From Nostoc punctiforme PCC 73102 (GTDB lineage: Bacteria; Cyanobacteriota; Cyanobacteriia; Cyanobacteriales; Nostocaceae), in contig NC_010628.1 in assembly GCF_000020025.1 (NCBI RefSeq), positions 4,890,001-4,922,000 of the forward strand: a DNA stretch of 32,000 nt. Direction: 5' to 3'. This document shows positions 19,717 through 27,810 of this stretch, one piece after another. Within the stretch, counting starts at the first letter, position 1. The number at the start of each line of letters is the position of its first letter. Under the pieces are notes generated by a model. That model was not told the origin of the DNA. It saw only the letters and a program-made list of their open reading frames with translations, and searched no databases. The translations under genes were made by a program, and so were the position numbers.

Positions 19717-19751
19717 TCCTGAGTGAGTTTTTAACTCAGGAAGCTTTTTTT
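19717..19751 (+). terminator. Intrinsic-terminator-like hairpin plus T7 on the + strand, with no + strand CDS upstream
   Basis: A stem pairs tcctgagt (19717-19724) with actcagga (19734-19741) around a 9-nt loop, followed by agc and ttttttt (19745-19751). Confidence 0.45.
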
Positions 19752-20304
19752 GAGAGTAACCTACTGAAGTCGTTAAGAAAAAGAAACTATTTCTATTTTC
19801 CATTCCCTGGATTTATTCTTAGGGTTATACTCAGCAACGCCAGCTGCTACCCTACTTTTAAGCCGCGCTTTGCGCGTCTCGTGAACGTCTGCAAATCGGC
19901 TTAACCTACAGCAGTTGTTTACCCTACGGTAACACCAAGGGCGAACAACTCTAGAAGAGTAACGCACTAGCTCTTGGGCAATACTGTGGATTAGACATTC
20001 AGCAGTTGTTGGAAAAGTATGGATTTAGAGAAACTAACCGAGCCTGCTGTTAGTTACTGATTCACAAGTTAGCTATAAAGAGAGAGTGTGTTCTTTAATC
20101 TGCCTCAGTTTGTCTGGGATAAAATCCTAGAAGTTGCACTCTAATATCTTTGCTTTCGCCCCCTGAACACCAGGGTAGTGAACCAGCTAATTCAATGCAG
20201 CGCCAGAAAAATTCTCTTCACCCCATTCTAACGCAACCTTGCTAAAAATCAATTCCGACGATGTAACATGTTAGGACAACTACTAGCAAGCTGCCCTACA
20301 GGGA

Positions 20305-22971
20305 TTATACCGCTAAAATTAGCCGATTGCGGTGGATGTGCTGGAGTTGAAATTCTCCACTACCCACTATCCCTAGCATAAACAGGATTTGTTCAGGACG
20401 CAACAGAAAACCATCTTGGCGATAGCTACCTATATAACGGATAACAGATATAGACTCTGCAATGCCTTTGTGGGTTTCTACTAATTCCAGTTCAAATAAG
20501 CGATCGCGCAGATTTATTAACTGGCTCTTGCCTGACTTTGTTGTGTGCTCGTACCAAAGCTCATCTTTTGCTTTGATGGTATCAATCCAGTTTTGCCATT
20601 GTATAGGTGTTGTTTCTTCAAGTGCTGCTACGGTAATTAAATATTCTGCGGTTTCTAGCAGTTGAGTAGCTGCTGGAGTTTTTAAATCTATCTGCTCCAC
20701 ATTATATACAGGTATGTCTGTGGGCATTTCCCGAACCAATTGTTCTCGAAAAGTATCGATGTTCACTGGTACAGTTAACTCAAAATCCGCAATTTCACCG
20801 CTACTAGTAGCACCTAGAGCCAATGCAGTTGCTACAGAAATTCGCGGCATTGGATGAAACCCACCAGTGAAAGCAATAGGCAAGCCTGCTCGCCGCACAA
20901 CTCGGTCAAACAGACGGATTAAATCTAGGTGGCTTACCAAAGCCATATTACCCTGTTTTCCAAACCAAACTCGGAGTCGTTGTGCCTTGGTTGTGTTGGG
21001 AACAAAATCGCCAGCGAATTGTGGGATAACAGGTGATTCAATCACGACGTTATGGCCAAAATCGGTTCCACATACGCCACAGTGAGAACAACCTTCAAAA
21101 GAGCAGTCGGGTACAATTGCGGCTGCTAAGGCACTTTGCAAGTCTTCTTTGAGCCAGTTTTTATCAATTCCGGTATCAATATGATCCCAAGGTAGGGGAG
21201 TATCTAGGGAGTGAGGATTGAGGAATTCGGTATTTTCCACATCTGGTGATTTGTTCTGCTCTTGTGCGTGAAACAAATTCCATTCGCCATTTTCTACTTG
21301 GCGGTATTTCCAATCTAGATCGGCCCCGGCGATCGCATCTCCCCAAGCGCTAAAAGCTTGATCTAAATTTTCATACCAGGAATCCATCCCTGCACCCAAT
21401 TCCCAGGCGCGGCGGACTACTTTGCTCAAATTGCGATCGCCTCGTCCCACAAAATCTTCCATTGCCGAAATGCGGACATCGGTAAAATTTACCTTCATTC
21501 CCTTCATCCGGCGGAATTCTTGCCGCAACAGGTTTTGTTTGCGCTTAAATTCAGTGGTAGAAACTGAGTGCCACTGGAATGGTGTATGCGGCTTAGGCGT
21601 AAAGTTAGAAATTGTCAGGTTAAAGTTCAGCGGTTTTCTGCCTTTGCCTCGGCATTCTCGCTGTAGCCAGCTGACTGTTTCCGCAATGCTCAAAACATCA
21701 ACATCCGTCTCACCTGGCAAGCCAATCATAAAATACAACTTGATTTTATCCCAGCCTTGCTCCCAAGCGGTTTTCACTCCCCGCAACAATTCTTCATTCG
21801 TCAATCCTTTATTTACGATGTCTCGCATCCGCTGAGTTCCAGCTTCTGGAGCAAAAGTTAGTCCACCTTGCCGCGTACCTCCCAGGATGTTGGCAATATT
21901 CTCATCAAATCTGTCTACCCGTTGGCTTGGTAGAGTCAGAGAAATATTTTCATTTTTTAAGCGATTTTTGATTTCCATCCCTACTGCTGGTAGGGACAAA
22001 TAATCAGAACAACTCAGAGATAAGAGGGAAAACTCATTGTAACCAGTTGCCCGCATTCCCTGTTCAATTGCTTCTACAACCTTATCGGGTTCTACATCCC
22101 GTGCTGGCCGAGTCAGCATTCCTGGTTGACAGAAGCGACAGCCACGAGTGCAACCACGCCGAATCTCAATTGTCAAACGGTCATGCACCGTTTCTACATA
22201 AGGAACTAACCCAATGGAATATGCTGGTATGGGGGTTGCCACCCGTCGCAAAATTCGTTTTGGCACGTCAGAGCGACGAGGATGAACTGAGCCATCTTCT
22301 GCCATGTCGTAAAACTGAGGGACATATACGCCTGGTATCTGTGCCAAATCCAGTAATATATCTTCCCGACTCAATCCTGCTTGTTTGCCTTCTTCCAACA
22401 CTAAACCAATTTCTGGGAGCAGTTCCTCTCCATCCCCAAGGGCAATAAAGTCGAAAAAGTCAGCGTAAGGCTCAGGATTCGATGTTGCTGTTTGCCCACC
22501 AGCAAAAATCAACGGAAACTGAGATTGGAGATTCGTAAATTCTCCCCCTGCTTCCACAGCTTTTTGCCTTTCTCTCCACGTCAATGGAATTCCAGCCAGA
22601 TCCAACATTTCTAAGATATTAGTTGCACCCAGTTCGTAACTGAGGCTAAAACCTAAAATGTCAAATTCTGTGAGCGATCGCTTTGACTCTACCGCAAACA
22701 ATGGCGTATTAGTTTCGTGTAGTTTGGCTGCCAGGTCTTTTCCTGGGAGGTAGGCGCGATCGCACAATTGACGCGGTTGAGCATTCAAGATGTTGTATAG
22801 GATAATGTGCCCTAAATTAGATGCACCGACTTCATATACTTCCGGGTAGGTTAAGACCCAGTGTATTGCTGTCTTATCCCAAGCTTTATGTACTGCTAAA
22901 CGCTCATTACCAAGGTAACGCCCTGGTTTTAAAATATCCGATGTTATTAATTTCTCAACTGCAACAGCCAC
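20305..22971 (-). CDS. B12-binding-like radical SAM protein fused to a DUF2344 (radical-SAM-linked) domain; function unknown
   Basis: 888-aa ORF with the radical SAM cluster motif EIRRGCTRGCRFCQPG and surrounding TIM-barrel elements. The ~250-aa C-terminal extension (RLRVWFGKQGNMALVSHLDLIRLFDRVVRRAGLPIAFTGGFHPMPRIS) matches my memory of the DUF2344/TIGR03936 family, which occurs fused or adjacent to TIGR03960-type radical SAM proteins. Confidence 0.85.
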   Translation of the reverse strand: MAVAVEKLITSDILKPGRYLGNERLAVHKAWDKTAIHWVLTYPEVYEVGASNLGHIILYNILNAQPRQLCDRAYLPGKDLAAKLHETNTPLFAVESKRSLTEFDILGFSLSYELGATNILEMLDLAGIPLTWRERQKAVEAGGEFTNLQSQFPLIFAGGQTATSNPEPYADFFDFIALGDGEELLPEIGLVLEEGKQAGLSREDILLDLAQIPGVYVPQFYDMAEDGSVHPRRSDVPKRILRRVATPIPAYSIGLVPYVETVHDRLTIEIRRGCTRGCRFCQPGMLTRPARDVEPDKVVEAIEQGMRATGYNEFSLLSLSCSDYLSLPAVGMEIKNRLKNENISLTLPSQRVDRFDENIANILGGTRQGGLTFAPEAGTQRMRDIVNKGLTNEELLRGVKTAWEQGWDKIKLYFMIGLPGETDVDVLSIAETVSWLQRECRGKGRKPLNFNLTISNFTPKPHTPFQWHSVSTTEFKRKQNLLRQEFRRMKGMKVNFTDVRISAMEDFVGRGDRNLSKVVRRAWELGAGMDSWYENLDQAFSAWGDAIAGADLDWKYRQVENGEWNLFHAQEQNKSPDVENTEFLNPHSLDTPLPWDHIDTGIDKNWLKEDLQSALAAAIVPDCSFEGCSHCGVCGTDFGHNVVIESPVIPQFAGDFVPNTTKAQRLRVWFGKQGNMALVSHLDLIRLFDRVVRRAGLPIAFTGGFHPMPRISVATALALGATSSGEIADFELTVPVNIDTFREQLVREMPTDIPVYNVEQIDLKTPAATQLLETAEYLITVAALEETTPIQWQNWIDTIKAKDELWYEHTTKSGKSQLINLRDRLFELELVETHKGIAESISVIRYIGSYRQDGFLLRPEQILFMLGIVGSGEFQLQHIHRNRLILAV

Positions 22972-23130
22972 TGTGCTATCTTCTAGCTACCTTAATTACA
23001 GCTACCCAAACCCAACATTAGCATTGAATTAGGTCTCCTAACATAGTTTCTCGTTGTAACTTATAACTCCTTTACATAAACTCCACTTTTTAACCGAACT
23101 TTTGTGCTTTTACATACATAAAGTTATAAA

Positions 23131-23460
23131 TTATGTTGCAGCTAACTCAATTTCACCATCCAATATTTCAAATACGCTGTCGAGTTGCGTTAGTTCAAAA
23201 ATAATTCTAATTGACGGAGCTACAGCGCAAAGTCGCAAACCCCTTCCTAAACTCAGAGCCAGCTTGTGTATAGATAACAATGCCATCAACCCCGCGCTGT
23301 CTAAAGATTCTACTGCTGCGAGGTCTACTACCAATATGGAAATATCATTTTGTGCCAACGTTGTGGTCATATCTCGTTCAAATTCCAAGGCGTTTGTAGC
23401 ATTCAAACACCCTTGGGGGCGAATGACTGCAATTTTGGGATAGTTAAGCACTGCTTGCAT
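23131..23460 (-). CDS. STAS-domain anti-sigma-factor antagonist (SpoIIAA/RsbV-like)
   Basis: 109 aa, reading IAVIRPQGCLNATNALEFERDM...ILVVDLAAVESLDSAGLMALL. The conserved Ser lies in a DSAGL context. No partner kinase or phosphatase is present in the window. Confidence 0.8.
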   Translation of the reverse strand: MQAVLNYPKIAVIRPQGCLNATNALEFERDMTTTLAQNDISILVVDLAAVESLDSAGLMALLSIHKLALSLGRGLRLCAVAPSIRIIFELTQLDSVFEILDGEIELAAT

Positions 23461-23832
23461 AGTTACATCCTATTGAGAATTATTGAAGCGTCACGCTAAG
23501 GATTATTTGAACATAAACTCTATTCTGTTGCATCGACCATACGTCTTAGCTCTCTTTGCTCAATCTTTATTTCTTTAGTATCTCTGTTTAAAGATTGTTA
23601 TAATTCCAGGCTAAAATGTGTTTATATATACTTTTTTTTTATCTCAGTTCAAAAACAATCAACATAGACAACCATAGAGCAAACAAATCATCAGTAACTA
23701 TGCTGATAAAACTTGCTTAGTCTATAACTAAGGCTAATTTAGCCAAGTCTTAACGGTAAGTTAAATCTCCTACTTTAGCGTTGCTGATGGCATACGCCAG
23801 AGTCATAGCGAATTATCTATTTAATTAATTGA

Positions 23833-23850
23833 TTGTGATCTATATCACAA
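23833..23850. promoter_or_regulatory. Perfect CRP/FNR-family palindrome TGTGA-N6-TCACA
   Basis: ttgtgat ctat atcacaa has 7-bp perfect arms, and the core TGTGAtctataTCACA lies at 23834-23849. It sits ~83 nt upstream of the ATG at 23932 and ~375 nt upstream of the divergent STAS gene. Confidence 0.5.
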
Positions 23851-23931
23851 CTAAATTAGTATTTAGATCGCTCTTTATACTTAGACTTATCTGGGATAAT
23901 CAGTATCATATTACAGTTGGATGTATTACTT

Positions 23932-24135
23932 ATGAGAACTAAGTACGCTATTCGTAAATTGGTAGAAAAAGCTCTTGACATTAAAAAACTAACTCCTGAG
24001 ATAGAAAATCAAATCAACTCAGAGCTGACAGAATTGGGTTACATTTCTGACGTTGATTATGAAGCTCTAGAATTATTAATGTCAGAGATGGATGCTGGTA
24101 GAATTAAGTTGGTTCCTAGCTTCGGATATTCCTAA
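23932..24135 (+). CDS. Small hypothetical protein (67 aa)
   Basis: ORF MRTKYAIRKLVEKALDIKKLTPEIENQINSELTELGYISDVDYEALELLMSEMDAGRIKLVPSFGYS. I prefer the ATG at 23932 over the track's TTG at 23917. It resembles small conserved cyanobacterial proteins from memory only. Confidence 0.4.
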   Translation: MRTKYAIRKLVEKALDIKKLTPEIENQINSELTELGYISDVDYEALELLMSEMDAGRIKLVPSFGYS

Positions 24136-24335
24136 CTGCTTACGCATAGAGGTATATCAAGTAAATTTGATAAATACTGAAGTAATCAAAATTCCGAGTT
24201 AGTAAAGGCAGGTGGAATAATTAAGAGCGATATTATTGTTTGTATTTTTCTCTGAGGTTGATTATTTAAATAACTAGAATGGCGTAAACGGTGCTAATAA
24301 CCCTCTACATTATTGTGCATTCGGAGTAAATCGCC

Positions 24336-24524
24336 ATGTAGTTCGCTAAACGCCGAGAAAAAATTCCTCCCTTTCTGTTTGCTGAAATTGTCCACAAGCA
24401 AAATAAACTCGTTGCGAAGGGAGTTGATATCATCATTATGGCTGTTGGCGCTCCAGATAAACTAACTTCTAGTCATATCCTTTGCCCTATGCCTATTGAT
24501 ATGCTGACCATAGTTGGTGAATAA
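24336..24524 (+). pseudogene. Remnant of a class I/II (DapL/aspartate-type) aminotransferase gene: nonsense at codon 2 and only ~50 N-terminal codons left
   Basis: Reading from ATG 24336 gives M * F A K R R E K I P P F L F A E I V H K Q N K L V A K G V D I I I M A V G A P D K L T S S H I L. This matches the N-terminal pattern (M.FAKRLEK.PPYLFAEI..K......G.D.I.LG.GDPD.PTP.HI) of this aminotransferase family. The PLP-binding body is absent, and a convergent ORF occupies the downstream DNA. Confidence 0.55.
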
Positions 24525-24837
24525 ATTGATTAAGTTGCTGCTTGGCGGCTGAGTCAGGCTCAGTTTTTGGTTCTTTTGCTAAAACTTGACTCAAGAAGGT
24601 AATTACTTCTGTGTCTAATGCTGGTCGAAATAAATTTGCAGGCCAAAGCAAGTCAGACGCATCTCGCAAATCGGTAATTAGCGGCGATTCTTGAATCAAA
24701 GTAACCATTAGTAAAGGACGCACCCAGCACAACTGGCGGGAAACTACAAATTGAATGACTTCTGCATACAGATTTCTGTCGCCATGTTCTAAAGACACAA
24801 TTTGTCCTGGTTGAAGAAAATCTAAGCTAATGTCCAT
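24493..24837 (-). CDS. Hypothetical protein (114 aa)
   Basis: Clean ATG-started ORF with ordinary amino-acid composition and no motif I recognise. Confidence 0.45.
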   Translation of the reverse strand: MDISLDFLQPGQIVSLEHGDRNLYAEVIQFVVSRQLCWVRPLLMVTLIQESPLITDLRDASDLLWPANLFRPALDTEVITFLSQVLAKEPKTEPDSAAKQQLNQFIHQLWSAYQ

Positions 24838-25067
24838 GATTATGGAGTTGGGTCAGGGGCAAGGATTATTTTGCAATTTCCTTAATTTTAAAAATGAAAA
24901 TGCGCTACGTTTAAGGAACATTCTGTAAGATTAGGGTAGCACTCTCACGGCAACTATGTCTCAGACATCTGCCTCACAAGTGGCTACGCAAAACTAAGTA
25001 GAGCGGTTTTTCTAGCATAGTATCTCAACAGAAATACTATAGAATAGGTAAATAACTGTTAGGAGTT

Positions 25068-26389
25068 ATGTAAAAATAAATTGAACAATTAACTGACTAC
25101 TTTGGGTTTGATAATATAGTTCCACTCACCATGAAAAGAATTTCGTTCGATTGCGATAGTATCAAGCTCTTGGTCTGTAACCTTGATTCCCGTTTTGTAG
25201 AGATTTGGATCTAATCTAGCTTCAACTTCTAATCCTTGTGTGGTGGTAGTATTGCGAATTAGATTAATCACAACTTGCAAGCTAGTTAATGGTCTGCCTC
25301 GCCAGTTTTGGGTAATGTGACAAAACAAGCGATGCTCAATCTTATTCCATTTACTTGTGCCTGGAGGAAAATGACACACATGAATAGTTTTACCAGTATC
25401 AGTTGCTAATTCTTGTAACTTCAATTTCCACAATCGTGAGCGATAACTATTGCTACCACCGCAATCAGCCGTAATCATTATATGCTCACTGCTGGGATAA
25501 ACTTGTTTACCCATTGAGTACCACCAATGACGAATAGACTCGACTGCAAACTCTGCGGTATCGTGGTCAATGCCAACATTTACCCATCCTTGATTTGAGG
25601 TTAAGTCATAAATTCCGTAGGGAATTGCCTTGCCCAACTTGGGGTCAACAAAATCATGCATTTTCACCTCAATTGGCTGTTCCTTTTCACACCACTCGGT
25701 TCCAGAATTTTTAAAATCTCCAATTAATTCTTTTTTTTTGTATCAACTGAAATTACGGGTTCGTTCTGGGATTGAAAGTGCAAGACTTGGTTGGAAATAT
25801 GTAAAAACTGATCATCTCTATCTGGATGAGATGAGCCATCACGGGTTTTACGATTTGATTGTAAGCTGTAGCCAAGCGATTCAAGTAAGTTATAAACACT
25901 TTTAGGACTAGTCCTATGTCCCCCAATGTTTAATGCCGCAGCCAGTTTCACAACACTTTTAGAAGTCCATTTTAGAGGAGATTCTGGGTCTCCCAGTGTC
26001 ACTGGTTCAATCAGCGATTCTAAATCTGATAGCAGCATTGCGTCTTTTTCTTCAAGTAGTTTACGTCCAGCACCTGACGAACGAATTCGATTACTATCAT
26101 CATTCGAGGTTTTTTCCCCCGAAGCGTCTAACAATAACCGTATCCCAGCATGGATTGTAGTCCGGGATAGTCCAGTTGCGAGCGCAACCTGACTCACGCC
26201 TCCCCAGCCCAGGCTTCGGGCTTCAATTGCTGCCCAAATACGCCGTGTTTTCTCATTCAAATAAGGCGATAACGAATCGTACTTGTCTTGAATGCTTTCT
26301 ACTACCTGCTTATCAGACATATAAGCCTTTAATTCGGTTACATTCTGATCATCTTACCATTCAGCAAATTGTTCAAGTTATTTTTACAT
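25068..26389 (-). mobile_element. ISAzo13-family insertion sequence (1322 bp)
   Basis: The terminal inverted repeats are atgtaaaaataaattgaacaatt (25068-25090) and aattgttcaagttatttttacat (26367-26389), matching at 22 of 23 positions. They enclose the transposase reading frames. I could not identify a flanking target-site duplication. Confidence 0.85.
25089..26320 (-). CDS. ISAzo13-family DDE transposase, interrupted by a frameshift in an A9 run (possible pseudogene or slippage-dependent expression)
   Basis: The upstream ORF (26320-25724) ends ...VISVDTKKKN*. In the -1 frame the sequence continues ELIGDFKNSGTEWCEKEQPIEVKMHDFVDPKLGKAIPYGIYD ... CHFPPGTSKWNKIEHRLF ... FHGEWNY. That reconstitutes the single-ORF pattern (SVDTKKKELVGDFKN...) I know for this family. 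Confidence 0.85.
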
Positions 26390-26456
26390 GATGCCTTAAG
26401 CGATCGCTACACAGACACTTTGTAGTAGTGAATCAACAAGAAAAGAGCAAAGAGCC

Positions 26457-26738
26457 GTGTCAGTTGAAACTATTCAAAAGCCTTCCACAACCCGTAAGCT
26501 AGCGCCTCGGTATCGCGTTTTGCTCCATAACGACGACTACAACTCTATGGAGCATGTTGTGCAGTCACTAATAGCCACTGTACCAAGCCTTACCCAACCC
26601 CAGGCTGTTAGCATCATGATGGAAGCCCATACTAACGGGCTAGCTTTAGTGATTACTTGCGCTCTGGAACACGCTGAGTTCTATTGCGAAACATTGATAA
26701 GTCACGGTTTAAGTAGCACGATTGAACCTGATGAATAG
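26457..26738 (+). CDS. clpS: ATP-dependent Clp protease adaptor ClpS
   Basis: GTG start. The product reads TRKLAPRYRVLLHNDDYNSMEHVVQSLIATVPSLTQPQAVSIMMEAHTNGLALVITCALEHAEFYCETL, a canonical ClpS core of 93 aa. Confidence 0.9.
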   Translation: MSVETIQKPSTTRKLAPRYRVLLHNDDYNSMEHVVQSLIATVPSLTQPQAVSIMMEAHTNGLALVITCALEHAEFYCETLISHGLSSTIEPDE

Positions 26739-26775
26739 TCATTGGTCATTGGTCATTGGTCATTGGTCATTAGTC
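26739..26775 (+). repeat. STRR-type tandem heptamer array, TCATTGG x4 plus TCATTAG
   Basis: Read directly from the sequence. The array starts at the base after the clpS TAG stop (26736-26738). The unit is a rotation of TTGGTCA. Confidence 0.9.
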
Positions 26776-26817
26776 GAAATTTAGAGTATTGGCTGCTGAT
26801 TAGTGACTTAATTTAGT

Positions 26818-27642
26818 ATGAAAAAAAACCTTGTCCGTTTAGCTGAACGCCCTGCCCCTATTAGGCTGGGTGCTTTTATTTTGACTTTATTGTTGCTATG
26901 GTTGCCATTGGCTACACCAATATACTTACTAGTACATGATTCAAATTTAGAAAGTATATTGACATTGGTGTTGTTATATGGAATATTTATTTTCCTCCTG
27001 AGACTATGGGGTAAATATGTCTACCAACAGCCCCAAATTCTGCGGCATTATGGCTTAGAATTCACGCGGCAAAACGGTGTAGATTTATTGCGTGGCTTGG
27101 CTCTGGGGATAATTAATATTCTGATACTTTTTGGGTTAGAAAGTTTGTTGGGTTGGTTGGTGTGGCAACAACCAAAAGTTTTTTTGCTGAAAGTAATTTT
27201 AGAGGGTTTACTTGTTGGCTTAGGTATTGGATTTGCTGAGGAATTGTTATTCCGAGGCTGGTTGCTAGATGAATTACAACGAGATTACAGTCCGCGTGTG
27301 GCACTGTGGACAGATGCAACTGCGTTTGCTACATTGCACTTTATTAAACCCTTGGAGGCAATTATTCATACACTGCCGCAATTTCCAGCTTTAGTACTGC
27401 TGGGGTTAACGCAAGTATGGGGAAAGCGTTGGCGGAGGGGACGCTTGGGTTTACCAATTGGTTTGCATGGTGGTTTAGTTTGGGGCTACTACATTATTAA
27501 TGTTGGGGAATTAGTGAAATATTCTGATCAGGTTCCTGATTGGGTAACTGGTGTGAATAATAATCCCTTACAAGGAGTGATGGGGGTGTTGTTAATGAGT
27601 GTACTAGCTTTGGGGATACGAGGGCGAACAGTGAAAAATTAA
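26818..27642 (+). CDS. CPBP-family intramembrane glutamic endopeptidase (CAAX protease / Abi-like)
   Basis: Multi-pass hydrophobic protein carrying GFAEELLFRGWL (EExxxR motif) and FATLHF (His motif). 274 aa. Confidence 0.8.
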   Translation: MKKNLVRLAERPAPIRLGAFILTLLLLWLPLATPIYLLVHDSNLESILTLVLLYGIFIFLLRLWGKYVYQQPQILRHYGLEFTRQNGVDLLRGLALGIINILILFGLESLLGWLVWQQPKVFLLKVILEGLLVGLGIGFAEELLFRGWLLDELQRDYSPRVALWTDATAFATLHFIKPLEAIIHTLPQFPALVLLGLTQVWGKRWRRGRLGLPIGLHGGLVWGYYIINVGELVKYSDQVPDWVTGVNNNPLQGVMGVLLMSVLALGIRGRTVKN

Positions 27643-27757
27643 AAATGGAAAAGCCTACGTAGCGTTTTGATGAATACTAAAACTATTGTTATGCCGACTG
27701 TTTCCTAAGTATGCAACAACACGAAAAATAGCTAAAGTTTAGCTGTTATTGTTGTGA

Positions 27758-27786
27758 TTACACGCTTACTAAATTGTTTCTATAAT
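27758..27786 (+). promoter_or_regulatory. Candidate promoter of the S1-domain gene
   Basis: TTACAC (27758-27763), a 17-nt spacer, then consensus TATAAT (27781-27786). It lies only ~25 nt before the ATG, which implies a very short leader. Confidence 0.3.
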
Positions 27787-27810
27787 GGGTTATGTTAAGC
27801 CCACTATGCT

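Noticed and set aside
19773-19967. A 64-aa minus-strand ORF upstream of rne; I also considered a tmRNA, RNase P RNA or 6S RNA gene in 19780-20000
   Set aside because: The peptide is Arg/Cys-rich with no start context. I found no tmRNA tag reading frame ending in ..AA-stop, no GGAAAGTCC-type RNase P core and no tRNA-like 3' end. The stems are reported only as unclassified structure.
20462-22448. + strand ORFs inside the radical SAM gene (20462..20665, 20867..21085, 21422..21835, 22047..22448, 22821..23021) and 23102..23443 opposite the STAS gene
   Set aside because: They are shadow ORFs opposite long, motif-bearing minus-strand genes.
25630-26391. + strand ORFs 25630..25905, 25926..26192 and 26176..26391 inside the IS
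   Set aside because: They are antisense to the transposase frames, whose family motifs are unambiguous.
26739-26775. Whether the tandem arrays (here and at 6809, 14438, 2581) could be CRISPR
   Set aside because: The units are 7 nt and directly abutting, with no spacers. These are STRR-type heptamer repeats, not CRISPR.
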